Notes: generated by a model from the letters alone, not told the origin. 64,000 bases of DNA from Gammaproteobacteria bacterium (GCA_963662545.2 CAXXLL010000003.1:1952001-2016000), one strand, 5' to 3'; counted from the first letter of the stretch, positions 19,320 through 31,900 are shown. Numbers and translations are program-made.

Positions 19320-20966
19320 TTAATCCAGCCTGAAGCCCTCATATCCCTTTGCAGCAACTTCGTCACACTTCTGCCGGTAGGCCGGCGAACCGCCCGCGTA
19401 CATCAGAAAGGCGCGCTTCTTCCCCGGTACGTTGGCGCCCATGAACCAGGAGTCGGTTTCCGGAATGAGCGTGGCGGCGACCACTTCATTAACGTGCTCA
19501 GTCCAGGCATCCTCCGCACCGGTCGAGGCTGCGATACGCTCTAGCTTGTTTTCTTTCATATACCGGATGCAGTCGGTAACCCATTCGACGTTCTGCTCGA
19601 TGCACCGTGGCACGTTGCAGAAGGTAGCTCCATTGTGCGGGCCGACGACCGTAAATAGGTTCGGGAACCCGGCGCTCTGCATCCCGAGGTAGGTGCGCGG
19701 ACCATCGGCCCATTTGTCCTTGAGGGCTTGACCGCCCTGGCCACGAATGTCGATGCGAGTCAGGGCCCCAGTGATGGCATCGAAACCCGTCGCGTAGACG
19801 ATGACGTCAAATTCGTAATCTGCATCCCGCGTCTTGATGCCCTTCGCAGTGATCCGCTCGATCGGCGATTCCCGAACGTCGACCAGCAAGACATTGTCCC
19901 GGTTGTACGCCTCGTAGTAGCCACTCTCCAGTGGCACACGCTTGGTGCCGAACGCATGATCGGTGGGCACCAACTTTTCCGCGACGGCGGGATCCTTGAT
20001 GCGCTCGCGGATTTTGGCGCGGGCGAACTCCGAAACCAATTCATTGGCTTGCTTGCTCGTCAGGATGTCGTGGAAGTTGCCTAGCCAGTATCCGAAACCG
20101 GGTTGCGACCAAAGCTCTTCGAGTATCGCGTGGCGTTCGTCGGCGGGCACTTCGAGGGCGGAGCGCTCGTCGAAACCATGGAGGAAGGCGCCGAAGGTCT
20201 CGCGACACTTTTTGAAGATTTCGGGATAGCTCGCCTTGATCCTGGCTTGAGTCTCGGGGTCGATCGGGCTATTACGCAAGGGCACACAGTAATTCGGCGT
20301 ACGCTGGAATACGGTGAGATGTCCCACGTTTTTGGCGACTTCGGTAATCAACTGGACGGCGGTGGCGCCCGTTCCGATCACACCTACGCGCTTGTTAATG
20401 AAATCAACGGGATCATGCGGCCAAAGCGAGGTGTGCCACGACTCACCCTCGAAACTGTCAATACCTTTGAAATCGGGTATGTAGGGCGCAGAAAGGACTC
20501 CGACCGCCGTGATCAGGAATCGTGCCCGCGCACGGCCGCCTTGTTTGGTCTCGATCTCCCAGCCATTCCGAGCTTCGTCATAGTGGGCCGCGATGACGCG
20601 GGTATTGAACTGGATATCCCGGCGCAGATCGAACTTGTCGGCCACGTATTCGAGGTAGCGCAGGGTCTCGGGCTGCGCTGCAAAGTGCTCACTCCATTCC
20701 CATTCCTTCAGTAGTTCTTCCGAGAAAGAATACCCGTAGCTGTAACTCTCCGAATCGAAGCGTGCACCCGGATAGCGGTTCCAATACCAGGTGCCGCCCA
20801 CCCCGTCGGCCGTCTCGTAGACGCGCACGGACAATCCGAGCTCGCGTAGACGGTAAAGCTGATAAAGACCAGAAATACCCGCGCCCAGAATGATGGCGTC
20901 AAATTGATCGACACTCGCTGGAACGGCTATCGGCAAATCCTGCTGTGAAGCGGACACAATTTTCAT
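19320..20966 (-). CDS. Type I Baeyer-Villiger monooxygenase
   Basis: GAGISG, GGTWYWNRYPG, fingerprint FEGESWHTSLWP, GTGATA, ATG. Confidence 0.93.
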   Translation of the reverse strand: MKIVSASQQDLPIAVPASVDQFDAIILGAGISGLYQLYRLRELGLSVRVYETADGVGGTWYWNRYPGARFDSESYSYGYSFSEELLKEWEWSEHFAAQPETLRYLEYVADKFDLRRDIQFNTRVIAAHYDEARNGWEIETKQGGRARARFLITAVGVLSAPYIPDFKGIDSFEGESWHTSLWPHDPVDFINKRVGVIGTGATAVQLITEVAKNVGHLTVFQRTPNYCVPLRNSPIDPETQARIKASYPEIFKKCRETFGAFLHGFDERSALEVPADERHAILEELWSQPGFGYWLGNFHDILTSKQANELVSEFARAKIRERIKDPAVAEKLVPTDHAFGTKRVPLESGYYEAYNRDNVLLVDVRESPIERITAKGIKTRDADYEFDVIVYATGFDAITGALTRIDIRGQGGQALKDKWADGPRTYLGMQSAGFPNLFTVVGPHNGATFCNVPRCIEQNVEWVTDCIRYMKENKLERIAASTGAEDAWTEHVNEVVAATLIPETDSWFMGANVPGKKRAFLMYAGGSPAYRQKCDEVAAKGYEGFRLD

Positions 20967-21254
20967 CTCCTAAACCAACGGAGAAGTATACCGATTTCCT
21001 GCTATGCAACTTCCGAACCGATTTTTTTGCCTTCGGAAAGGCGGGCAATCTGCCCGATGGTATTGGGCTCGGGTTGATCGGGCGGGGCCTCGGCAGGCGT
21101 TTTTGAACCGCCCGCCTTAAGACAAGGTTTTGTTTAGAGGGATGCAGCGAATGGCTAGATCACGGCGTGCGTCGTTACCGGGTGTTCGTTGCGCGGGGAA
21201 AAGGCTACCGGGGCTAATCGGTATACTGTCGCCGGAGATTGCCAGGACGAGACG

Positions 21255-22307
21255 ATGACGAGTGAAGAACTGATCTCGGATCCAATCGGGCGATATCCGC
21301 CGGCAACGGTCGCCTGTTTCGACCCGACGACCGGCGATTTGCCTCGGCGGCGCTTGGACACCGAAAAAAATGTCCGGTTTCTCGAACGGCTCGCCGCTGC
21401 CGGGGCGCCGGCGGTGTTGATCGCCGCTTCAACAGGCCATGGACATCTGCGCACGGTTGACGAACTGGCAGACTGGTTTCGCTGCGCGGCTGAGGCCACG
21501 CTCGGTGAAACGGTGAAAATGGCCTTGCTCCGTCCGGAAGACGGGTTGGCGGCAAACACGCGACTGCTTTCCGTCCTGGACGATCTCGGCTATCCCGTTG
21601 TTTTCGTGCGGCCCGGCACCGATCTGGACCGTGCTGCGACCGATGAGCAAGTCGCTCAGAACATGCAGCCGGTCGTGCACGCCGCCGCGGCGCTTGGTCT
21701 GGCGGTGGGTGTCTATTCAATCCCGGATGTCAGTGGTTTACGTTTGTCGGCGGACGCGACGGCGATGCTTCTCAGCGGTCCCGGCGGTGATCACATCGTC
21801 GCCGCCAAGCTGACTGAAGCGAACTACGAATCGAGCACCTTGCACTTTCTCGATCATCCTTTGTTAAAGCATTTGAAGATCGTGCAGGGCTGGGATCCGT
21901 ACCTGGCACGAGCACTGCAGGACGGGCCTCGTTACGACTCGCGGCAACGCCAGCGCTGCGGTCTGACGTCAGGCCCGATGTCACTGGCCGTGTTTCAATA
22001 CCAGCACATCCTGGCCGCGGCTGACGCGGCGGATTGGGACGAGGCCGCAATGGCACAGCAAGCGGTCACGACGCTGTTCGAATCGATGCAGGACGACCCC
22101 ACTCGGTTCGCCGATCTGCAGCGCGCGAAATACATCATGGGCTTGGGACATCCTTTGCAGGCTGCGATTAAAGAAACTCAAATCGAGCGTGTATTCGCCG
22201 CGCTCGAAGCGCTGCCGCGCGCGCAAGATCGACAACGGTTGGCGACAAGCCTGGATTTGATGAGTACCGGGCCTTACCACGTCCGCCTGCAGCAACTTGC
22301 CGCGTGA
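21255..22307 (+). CDS. Dihydrodipicolinate synthase-like (class I aldolase family) protein
   Basis: ASTGHG, VYSIP, AAKLT (Schiff-base Lys), GWD; start placed at MTSEE. Confidence 0.65.
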   Translation: MTSEELISDPIGRYPPATVACFDPTTGDLPRRRLDTEKNVRFLERLAAAGAPAVLIAASTGHGHLRTVDELADWFRCAAEATLGETVKMALLRPEDGLAANTRLLSVLDDLGYPVVFVRPGTDLDRAATDEQVAQNMQPVVHAAAALGLAVGVYSIPDVSGLRLSADATAMLLSGPGGDHIVAAKLTEANYESSTLHFLDHPLLKHLKIVQGWDPYLARALQDGPRYDSRQRQRCGLTSGPMSLAVFQYQHILAAADAADWDEAAMAQQAVTTLFESMQDDPTRFADLQRAKYIMGLGHPLQAAIKETQIERVFAALEALPRAQDRQRLATSLDLMSTGPYHVRLQQLAA

Positions 22308-22576
22308 TTAGTTGAACGGCAGTACCTAACGACCTGGGAGGATTAAAAACCGCGCGTCATCAGTTGATGCGGAAAACAGGCGATTGACACGAATACCCAA
22401 TACGCCCCAAAAAAAACGCGCCACAGCGGCGGGGCATCCAGTTCATTCGGCAGCATCCCACTGGATCGAGGGTGTGTTAAGCCGGTGCCTTTGGCCACCG
22501 TCCCTGCGTGATTAAAAACCCATCTTATCGCAGTCGTGCGCCTTCAAGCAGGCTACAGTGGTTTGATCAACCTCCG

Positions 22577-22597
22577 GTAGGAGCCAGCTTGCGGGCG
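22577..22597 (+). repeat. GTAG-type REP
   Basis: GTAGGAGCCAGCTTGCGGGCG; related copies at 42479, 52471, 54240 and 58993. Confidence 0.6.
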
Positions 22598-22636
22598 TAT
22601 CGCCAATTTATCCGATCTTACGACCCGGTTTTTGAT

Positions 22637-24355
22637 CTAGTAGCGGACGAAGAGGCTTCCGTGAAAATCAACCGTATCGGAGCGGGTTCGTTCTTCCGCG
22701 ATCAGGACGCCGTTGCCCTCGACGACATAGGCCGCATCGAAGCTGACCCCCAAATTATTCCCCCAGGACCAGCGCAAGCCCAGGCCGATACTCGCCAGTG
22801 ACTCGCTTCTCACACCGGTTTTATCACCGGATCCGACGTTGAGGACGCCTCCGTCGACAAAGCCGAGGAGTTGCACCTTGTATTTTAGAGGCGGCGCGTA
22901 GACTTCTACCGTCGCCTGCATGCCCTTATCGCCGGTGACTTCACGTTCCTCGAAGCCCCGCAAAGAATACGCGCCGCCGAGACCGAATTGTTCGCCCGAG
23001 ATCAGGAGATCCGGCGAGTATTGCGCGCTGAAACGGCCTCTCAAGGTCCATCCGCGCGGCAGCGGATGGTCTACATTGGCGCCGAAGCGCAGCGCAAACC
23101 AGCCTTCGTCTGCGCCGAAACGGTTGGCGGCATAGGCGAGGTCTGTATTTGCACCGCCGGATCCCAGGTTCGTCGTATACCGCGCGTAGAAACCGCGGCG
23201 CTTGAGCCCGGATTCGATGCGGCCTGCGTATTCGATGGTGAGCGGGCGGCTGCGAACGTCGACGCCGATCGGGATCGGGTCGAAAAGAGGATCGCCGACA
23301 AAAAGCGTTTTGTTCTCAAACAACCGATCGTCTATCGCGAGTGAGATCGTGTGGCTGTAGTTCCCCCGCGGCTGAAGTATGTGCTTGTAACTGACACCGG
23401 TGAATTTACCTGCGCCGCTGACATCGAAGGCATCCGCGACCCGTCCGCTGTCGACGTCCGACTGCGTATAGTACGCTGAGAGCTCGCCGCCGAACTGATA
23501 GATCGGTAATCGATAAAACGCTCCGTACTGTTTCACGCCGCCGGTGTTCTCGGGCGAGGTCGTGTAACTCAAGGTCAGCGCGTGGTCGCGGTTGAACAGG
23601 TTACTGTGCTGCAGGCCAAGCGAAACGCGTGATACCCCGGTTCGTTCATCACCGCTGTTGCTGATCGATCCGAAGAAAACCAGCGGGCGTGAATCCCGTA
23701 CCCGGACCTGGGCCGCGAGCCGGCCGCCACCTTCGCCCTCGCGGATGAACACCGCCACGCGACGCGCGGGGTGCAGGTTGGACAATTGCAGCGACCGCGC
23801 GATCGCGAGGCTGTTCGGCGCAGCGCCCTGATTGAGCGCGGGCAGGCTCCGCAGGATATTGGCTTCGTCGAAATGCTCGTTGCCCTCGATCGTGATCTCC
23901 TCGATACCAAAGGTGATGATCTCGAGCTTGAACACGCCCGCCACCGCGCGCTGCGGGGGCACGATCACGCGGTGGAAATAGCTGCCGCGTGCTTTGATCG
24001 CGTTCTCGAGCGCCTCGGCCGCGTCTTCCACACCGGACAGGCCATCCTGCGGTCCGGTATAGGGCCGCAGGATGTACTCGACTTCGGTGTCCGACAGCGG
24101 ATTGTCGCCGACGACCTCGAAGCGCTCGATCGTGAACAACGGCGCGCCCGCGGCCGTCCCGCACAGCGGCATGGCGCAAAGCACTACGGCGATCAGGTTT
24201 CTCGACAGCTTGTGTATTGCCCTTCCCCCCCCAAGCAGCCGCGCGTGCGGCAACTCTTTCGCAGCGGAGGACGTACGTCGTTTTCCGCTGCGAAAGCACG
24301 GCACGGCGTGCGCGCTGCCGCATGGCAACCGTCGCCGTTCTTGCTCCGTGGGCAA
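22637..24355 (-). CDS. TpsB transporter (ShlB/FhaC/HecB family); true start probably ~24230
   Basis: Signal peptide-like segment, two POTRA-like regions (VGDN, IEGN), LGG..SLRGF motif, beta-barrel ending in Tyr. Confidence 0.88.
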   Translation of the reverse strand: MPTEQERRRLPCGSAHAVPCFRSGKRRTSSAAKELPHARLLGGGRAIHKLSRNLIAVVLCAMPLCGTAAGAPLFTIERFEVVGDNPLSDTEVEYILRPYTGPQDGLSGVEDAAEALENAIKARGSYFHRVIVPPQRAVAGVFKLEIITFGIEEITIEGNEHFDEANILRSLPALNQGAAPNSLAIARSLQLSNLHPARRVAVFIREGEGGGRLAAQVRVRDSRPLVFFGSISNSGDERTGVSRVSLGLQHSNLFNRDHALTLSYTTSPENTGGVKQYGAFYRLPIYQFGGELSAYYTQSDVDSGRVADAFDVSGAGKFTGVSYKHILQPRGNYSHTISLAIDDRLFENKTLFVGDPLFDPIPIGVDVRSRPLTIEYAGRIESGLKRRGFYARYTTNLGSGGANTDLAYAANRFGADEGWFALRFGANVDHPLPRGWTLRGRFSAQYSPDLLISGEQFGLGGAYSLRGFEEREVTGDKGMQATVEVYAPPLKYKVQLLGFVDGGVLNVGSGDKTGVRSESLASIGLGLRWSWGNNLGVSFDAAYVVEGNGVLIAEERTRSDTVDFHGSLFVRY

Positions 24356-24474
24356 AAGCTCGCGATTGGTTGTGTTTATGACGCGAGCGGTTTCTTTCCG
24401 TCGTTAGGTGTCTTTAAAGCGTTCCCGAGTCACGCGGCGCGCTTTGGGTTCGTCAGCGCATCTGGGGAGCTGTG

Positions 24475-25884
24475 TCAATTGATCTTGCATTCTAGCGTAT
24501 CGCGCTTGTTGAACCCGTCGAGGTCGCCGCCGAAGAGGTCGAACGCGCGCTCGATCTCTTCGTCGAAGCGCGACGGCATCGGATAGGGATCGTCGAGCAG
24601 GAACAGCGGCTGACCGGAAAGGCGTTTGATGTCGCCCGTCCCCGGATTGACGTGCGCCGCCTCGCCACGCGTGATCACGAGCTCGCCCGCTGGCGTTTCA
24701 ACGATGATCTCGCCGTCATTCGCCGAGACGTAAACGCCCGGTTCGCCCGCATCGGGCGACTTGATGCCGAACAACTCATCGAGATCGACATCGAACTGAT
24801 CGGGACGGGGTGCCTCGTTCTCGGCGATGAACTGCGGGGTCTCGTCGAGCTTGACGGGCGCGCCGTCGGCGTCGGCGATGTATCCGGTTTCGCCTTCATC
24901 GAGACCCACGCCATTCGCCTCGACCCTGCCTTGCCACACGCTGACATAGCTGCAATCGTCCGGGTCGGCATCTTGGGTGTGTGCCGCGGTGGCTCCGGCC
25001 TCGCATTCCTCGTCGGCCACGACGTCAAATCCGGTGCCGCGGATCCCGATGGTCGCGGTGCTGGTCGATAACCGGAAGCCCCGTGGATTCCTGCGTGCGG
25101 TAAGTCCCGTCAGCACGCGCAGGCCGCCGCGGACCAGCCGGAAGAAGGTACTCGGCTGTTCTTCGTCGGGTTCGTAGAAGTAACGGTCGACGATGAAGCG
25201 GCTGCGCGATTGCACCACCATGCGCGTGTCGTCGCGGAACACGATGACGACGACGCTGTTGTCGCCGGTGACGACAGCGTCGCCCATGTAGATACGGCTG
25301 CCTTTGCCGATCGCGCGCGACGCCCCGCTGGGCTTCTCGGCGCTGACACTGCCGCGCTGGATGATCACCCGGCCGGCGAGCGGTGCGGCCGTGCCGGCGC
25401 GTCCGGATTTCTTGCCCGACGATTCGGCGACGCAGTCGCCCTCGCAGATCCGCACGTCGAACTCGGTACCGCGGATGCCGATGGTGGCGACGCTGGCCCT
25501 GAGGCGGTAGCTCGCCGAGCGGCGCCTGGCGAAGAGGCCTGACAGCGACCTTAGTCCGCCGCGAAGCAGTTCCAGCGCGATGCTCGTGCCCGAGTCGCGT
25601 TCGTCGTAGCGCTCGATGTGGAGCTCGGAATTCGGACGCAAGGTCATCTTGCCGTCATCGACCATGTGCAAGATGACGAAGCCGCGCTTGCCCGTCGTCA
25701 CCGTATCGCCCTCGAGAATCTCCATGCCCTTGCCCAGGAAACGCAACTCACCGTCCGCCTGGCGCGCGGTCGCCGCGCCGTTAGCATAAAGCACCTTGCC
25801 GGCCGGGGCCGCGATCACGCCGGGCGTCGCGTTAAGCAGCACGCCGAGTAGCGCGAGCACCGCTAGTTCAAGCGGTCTTAGCAT
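24475..25884 (-). CDS. Secreted protein with tandem FecR domains
   Basis: Signal peptide; two copies of GD.V.TG...L.RGGLR...ATIGIRGT.FDV. Confidence 0.85.
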   Translation of the reverse strand: MLRPLELAVLALLGVLLNATPGVIAAPAGKVLYANGAATARQADGELRFLGKGMEILEGDTVTTGKRGFVILHMVDDGKMTLRPNSELHIERYDERDSGTSIALELLRGGLRSLSGLFARRRSASYRLRASVATIGIRGTEFDVRICEGDCVAESSGKKSGRAGTAAPLAGRVIIQRGSVSAEKPSGASRAIGKGSRIYMGDAVVTGDNSVVVIVFRDDTRMVVQSRSRFIVDRYFYEPDEEQPSTFFRLVRGGLRVLTGLTARRNPRGFRLSTSTATIGIRGTGFDVVADEECEAGATAAHTQDADPDDCSYVSVWQGRVEANGVGLDEGETGYIADADGAPVKLDETPQFIAENEAPRPDQFDVDLDELFGIKSPDAGEPGVYVSANDGEIIVETPAGELVITRGEAAHVNPGTGDIKRLSGQPLFLLDDPYPMPSRFDEEIERAFDLFGGDLDGFNKRDTLECKIN

Positions 25885-25962
25885 CGCGTATTGCAGGATT
25901 TTTCATCATGAACCAGTGTCAGGTAATCCATGTAACTGCCTAAATATATGTATTTTTACGCC

Positions 25963-28900
25963 TCAGTTACAGGAGATCCGTGCGGCGGCCTGAGCCTCGG
26001 AGTCGTCGATGGGCTCCGGGCCGTCCCCGTCGGGGATCGTGATGACGAAGCTCGTGGTCGAATTTGCGAGCACGAGGATGGGGTCGATCGTGGTCTGCGC
26101 TATGGTGATGCTTTCGGTTGACCCGGCCGCGGGCGGAGGCAGTGCGGGTGCGCCTGCGGGCGGCGGAGGAGCAGCAGGAGCAGGAGGGGGCGACGGAGGG
26201 GGCGGCGCGGCAGTCGTGGCGGTCATGCCCAGCACCAGCGAGGCCGGGTTGAACTGTGGCGTGACGAAGGCCGCCGGGTCGTTCGGGAACACGTTGTTGA
26301 TGCTTGCGAAATTGCCGCTGCTCGACGCGAAATTCATGACCTGAAAACTGTCGTTGTTGACAGGCACATAGGTCCCGAACTCGAGCGCATTCAGCGCGCC
26401 CGCGAAGGTGACGATGCCGGTGACGTTGATGACATCGAACTGGCCGGGAGCGGTGCCGCCGAGATCAATATCGAGCAGGCTCGTCGACAGCAGGGTGAAG
26501 TTCCCGTTGATGTTCAGGGTTCCCGGTGAGGTGCCGGCGCGGACGATGCCGCGATTGTTGACGTCCCCGTTGATCTGGCCTGTGCCCGCGAGTACGCCCG
26601 TCACGGCGTTCAGGTTCTTCGGCGCGCAGCTCAAGGTGCCGTTGACGACCGTCGTCGGATTGGTGCCCGTGTGCGTGTAGGCGGCGGCGCTGCTCAGCGT
26701 CGATCCCGCATCGACGTTGACGAAGCCGGCCGTGTTGAAACTCACGGTGTCGTGGATCGCGCCGTTCTGCAGCCGGAAGTTCGCGTTCGCCGCGACGTCG
26801 GTGGCGGCTGTGCTGGTCAGTGTGATCGCGTCCACGTTCAGGGTGTTGCCGGTCGCGATCACGACGCCATTGGCGTCGGTCGTCACGGTGAGCGCTTTGG
26901 TCCCAGCTCCGCCGACATTCAATGCCCCTGTCACGTCGAGGCTGCCCGGCCCCGAGAGCGTGCCGCCGTTGAATCCGAACGGTCCACCGATCGACATCAG
27001 CGCATTGATGGCGGCACTACCGCTAGTGAGATTGAACGGCCCCACGATCGTCGTCACGGCATCGATCGCGGCGGTACCGCCGTTCATATCGAATTGGCCG
27101 AGCGTGAACGGTGTGCCGACGTTGAGGGTACCGGCGGTTTGGGTCAGCGTCCCATTGAGAGTGCGGGCGCCGCCCCCGGTCGCGAGAACGTTGATCGTGC
27201 CCGTGTTCGTGATGTCGCCGATCAGCATACTCGCCTGCGGCGCCGCGCCGGTGTTTAGCAGGTCCAGGATGCCGCTGTTGTTGAGGGTGTTGAACGTCCA
27301 CGTCGTGTCGGTGCCGTTGATGCCGCGCACCGTCAGCTGACTCATATTGTTGAGCGACACGCCACTCATGTCGGTGAAGCCCTCGATAATGAGCGTGCCA
27401 TCGTTGTTCAGGAGACCCGGGCCGCCGATGGTTTCGTTCGTGAACGTGATGGTGGTGGGGAGATCGATAGTGCTGCCGGCACCGGTTCCGATGAAGTTCA
27501 GGGTGCCGCCGGAAAACGCATAATTCCCCGTGCCGGTGAGGAGCGCGCCGTCGTCGAAATTATGCATGCCACTCACGAAATCGAGCGTCGCGCCCGGCTC
27601 GACGATGAAGGCGCCGGTGTGCGTGCCGCCGAGGGTCAGGGTGTAGCTGTTGCCCGCGGCCACGCGGAGCTGCCCGTTCACGTTGAAGGACGTCCCGGTC
27701 GGCGTAAAGTTGCCGCCCTGCAGGTCGATGGTCGCGTTTGGATCGATCGTGGAGATACCTGCCGTCGTAAGATTCGCGCCGACCTGAACCTCGAGCGTGC
27801 CGGTGCCGCCCACGGTGAGATTGGCCGGGTTCAGGTCGATGTTGTTGAGCTGCTTGGTGCCGGAGCCGCCGTTGATGAGATTGCTGTTCGAGAACGAGAA
27901 CTGGCCGCCACCTTCGATGGTCCCGCCGTCCCAGAAGTAGGTGCCCTGGTCGAAGCTGATCTGGTTCGGGCTGGTAACGTTCACGACGCCGCCGTCCTGC
28001 GTGAAGCTCGTCTGGTTGATGAATACGAGGTTCGCGCCGGTCGCGTTGATGGTGCCGGAATTCACGTGGTCGGCGCCGCTCTTGTTGACCAGCAGCGGCG
28101 CGTTGGTCATGACGTTGATCACACCGGTCGCGCGGTTGTCGATCTCGGCCGTGAGTACGCGGTCGCCCGCCGCGGCACCAGCTTCACTGTTGATGGTGCC
28201 AATATTCACCAGCGTGCCGTTCGTGACCACGATGGTTGCGTTGCGATTGTTCGCGGGATCCGTGTTGGTCAGCGTAATCTGGCCGTTGTTCAGCAGGTCC
28301 TGACCGACGGTCAACGTCGTGTGGAAGGTCCCGCCGTCGTCGCGCCCCTCGACGTTCAGGAGGTTGCCGTTGACGAGCGTGCCGTCGATGCGGGCGTTGC
28401 CGCTGGCGGTAAAGGTACCGTTCGATGTCAGGATGCCGTTGCCCAGAATGGTCCGATCGTTCAGCAGGAAATCGATGCCCGCATCGAAGGTTGTGCCGGT
28501 GGTCGTTCCCGTCAGCGAGAGGTTGGATCCCGGGTAGGAGAGGCTGCCGGCGCCTTGGAACAGCGCGCCGTCGCCGAGATTCTTGCTGCCGCCGGTGTTG
28601 AACAGGAACGAAGTTGCGGGGCTGAGGTCAACCGTTCCCGTGATGGTACCGCCCTGAAAATCAATCGTTCCGTCCGTGACGCCGAACATTCCGCTGCTGT
28701 TGAATCCGACCTCGTTGCGGTGCTCCCACTCGAGCGCGCCGGACTTGGTGAGCGTGCCCTCGTTGACCCAGGAGGTCGAACCCGAGCCGTAGGAGAAGGC
28801 CGTGCTGGTGGTCGCCGAGACCTCGAACAGCGCACCGGCCGCATTGGTGAACACCGCGCCGTTATCCATGCGGAAGTTGCCGTCGCTCCACAGGCTGGTG

Positions 28901-31900
28901 CCGGTGGTCGAGCGGTGCGTCAGGGTGTGACCGTCGAGTTCCTTCTCAGCACCCGTGCTCATCAGCAGCTCACCCGCCACCGGGATGACCGTCTCGCCGG
29001 TGCCGAACAACTGTCCGCCGCGCCAGTCGTAAGTGTCGTTGATGGTCAGTAGCGCGTTGTTGCGCAGCACCCCCCGGTGTGCACCACGTCGTCCAGCGTC
29101 ACGTCGATGTCGAGCACCAAGGTACCGCCCGTCACATCCAGCCGCGGCAAGCCGTAACTCGTCGTGCCGTCCAAGGTCAGCGTGCCGCTCACGTTGCGAA
29201 ACCGACCCTCACCCGTGACCACCGTGTCGGTCAGGCGGTTGTTGCCCGATTGCAAGAAGTCGATGCGGGTGCCGGCGGCAACGTCCCAGGTGCCGCCTAC
29301 CTGCTGCACGTTCCGCAAGTCGATGAAGCCGCCCGTGACCGTGAGGTCGCCGGTGCCCGTCCACTGCACCTCGTTGCGGTGCTCCCACTCGAGCGCGCCG
29401 GACTTGGTGAGCGTGCCCTCGTTGACCCAGGAGGTCGAACCCGAGCCGTAGGAGAAGGCCGTGCTGGTGGTCGCCGAGACCTCGAACAGCGCACCGGCCG
29501 CATTGGTGAACACCGCGCCGTTATCCATGCGGAAGTTGCCGTCGCTCCACAGGCTGGTGCCGGTGGTCGAGCGGTGCGTCAGGGTGTGACCGTCGAGTTC
29601 CTTCTCAGCACCCGTGCTCATCAGCAGCTCACCCGCCACCGGGATGACCGTCTCGCCGGTGCCGAACAACTGTCCGCCGCGCCAGTCGTAAGTGTCGTTG
29701 ATGGTCAGTAGCGCGTTGTTGCGCAGCACCCCCCCGGTGTGTGTCAGCACGCTGCTCTGGGCGTCGCTGTTGAACACCACCGTGCCACCCGAGACGAAGG
29801 TTTCGCCCACGTCGTAGTTGAGCGCCCCCTGCAAGGTCGACGTCCCGCCCGCGAAACGCACCCGGCCATCACCACTGAACACCGCGTCGGTCAGGTCGTG
29901 CGTGCCGCCGCTGAAACGCATCTCGCCGCCCGCCAGCACCGTGAACATCGCACCCACCTGCGAGCCGCCCGCACTGTCGAACAAGCCGGCCTCCACCGTC
30001 ACCGCGCCGCTCGCATTGTCGAACGGAATGGCGCCGCAACAGCCAATGTCGAGTTCCCCCGCGCCGCGCTTCACCCACAGACCCCGGTTCACCACCGTCG
30101 CGCCGCCGCTGTCCTGGTCGAGTAGAAGCGACCCCGAGGGCACGTCCCAGGTCATCGTCGCGCCCGCCTCGTTCACGAACGCGCCGCCGTTGCCTATGTC
30201 CACCTGACCGGTCGCCGTCGACAGGCTCGTGCCCGTGGTCGAAAAATGCCGCAGCGTGCGGTCCAGGTCTTTCTGGCTGGCGCCCGTCAGCAGCAGCTCA
30301 CCGCCCACCCCGATCACCGTCTCGCCCGTGCCCGCCTGCAACCCGGTCTGCCACTCGAAGCTGCCGTCGACCGTGAACAGGCTGTCGCCGTTCAGTGTGC
30401 CGCCCGTCTGCAGCCAGCGCGAACCCGACGGCACCACCACGTTCTCGTCCACCGTCACCGTGCCGCTGGAATGCCTGATCAGCCCCGCGCCCGTCACCGC
30501 AAAGTTCGCCCCCAGCACGTGCGTGCCGCCGCCGAAACGCAGCTCGCCGCCCGTGCGCACGTCCAAAAGACCTTCTTGCGTGCCGCCGCGGGCGAGGTCG
30601 AACAGGCCCGCCTCCACCCGCACCGTGCCTTCGTTGGTGAACGAAATCGTGCCGCAACAGCCGATGTCGAGTTGGCCCGTGCCGCGCTTCACCCACAGAC
30701 CCCGGTTCACCACCCTCGCGCCGCCGCTGTCCTGGTCGATCAGAAGCGACCCCGACGGCACGTCCCAGGTCATCGTCGCGCCCGTCTCGTTCACGAATGC
30801 GCCGCCGTTGCCTATGTCCAACTGACCAGTCCCCACCGCCAGGCTAGAACCCGTCTGCGAGAAATGTCGCAGCGTGCGATCCAGGTCTTTCTGGCTGCTC
30901 CCCGTCAGCAGCAGATCGGCGCCCGTGCCGACCTGCGTCGCGCCCGTCCCCGCCTGCCGCCCCGCCGTCCACGTCAAGGTGTCCGTCACCGTCACCAGAC
31001 CATCACCCGTCAACAGTCCGCCGCTCTGCGTGAGCGTTTCGATGAACGAAGTGCCGTTGAGGGTCAGCGTGCCGGCCGTGAGCCGCAGGATCCCTTTGCT
31101 GTCCAGGCCGAGTACGCTGTCGACGTTGCTGCTGACGGTGACCGTGATCGTGCCCGGCTGGTTGATGTGGACGATGTCGGCCGCGCCCGGGATGCCGAGC
31201 AGGCCGCCGTCCGACCAGTTCGCGGAATCGTTCCAGTTACCACTCCCTGCGGTGATCCAGCTCCGGATGCTGCCGACGCCGGATACGCTCACGCTCATCG
31301 ATTGGGGATCGGAGACCAGCGGGTCGTACACCACGCCGAGCGGCGCGATCGGTTCCGCCGCGAACGAACCCGTGCGGGTGCCGGTCTGCGTAATAAACGC
31401 GTAGGTGTCGTTCAGCGCCGGAATGTAGCCACCGAAGAGCGCCATCTCGACCGTACCGCCGAGCGTGAGGTTGCCTATCACCCGCACGAGGTCGTAGTCC
31501 GTGCCTGCCTCGGCAACGCCGGCCGTGTCGATCTTCAGCACCGATGATCCCGTGAGCGTGAGGCCGCCGTCGAAAGTCAGCGTGCCGGGGGACGAGCCCG
31601 GGTCCAGGCGCCCGGCGTTGATCAGCGTGACGTCGGGGTCTGTCGAATCGAGGGTGCCGTGCCCGGCGAGTTCCGCGCCTTGCGCGTTGGTGAAATCGAC
31701 AGGCGTCGTACTGCTCAGGACAAGCGTCGTTCCGGCCGCGAGGTCGATGCGGCCCTCGTTGCTGTTCTGCCGGCCGGCGGCTAGCGTCAGCGTGAGCGTG
31801 CCGTTCAGGATATTCAACGCGCCCGCGGCCGCGTTGATGAAATTCGCGTCGATCGCGGTGTCGGCGTTGGCCGCGACCGTGCCGCGGTTGGTGAGCACGC

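Noticed and set aside
22330-22525. GATTAAAAACC twice (~22340 and ~22510)
   Set aside because: Only 11 bp with no flanking similarity; may be chance.
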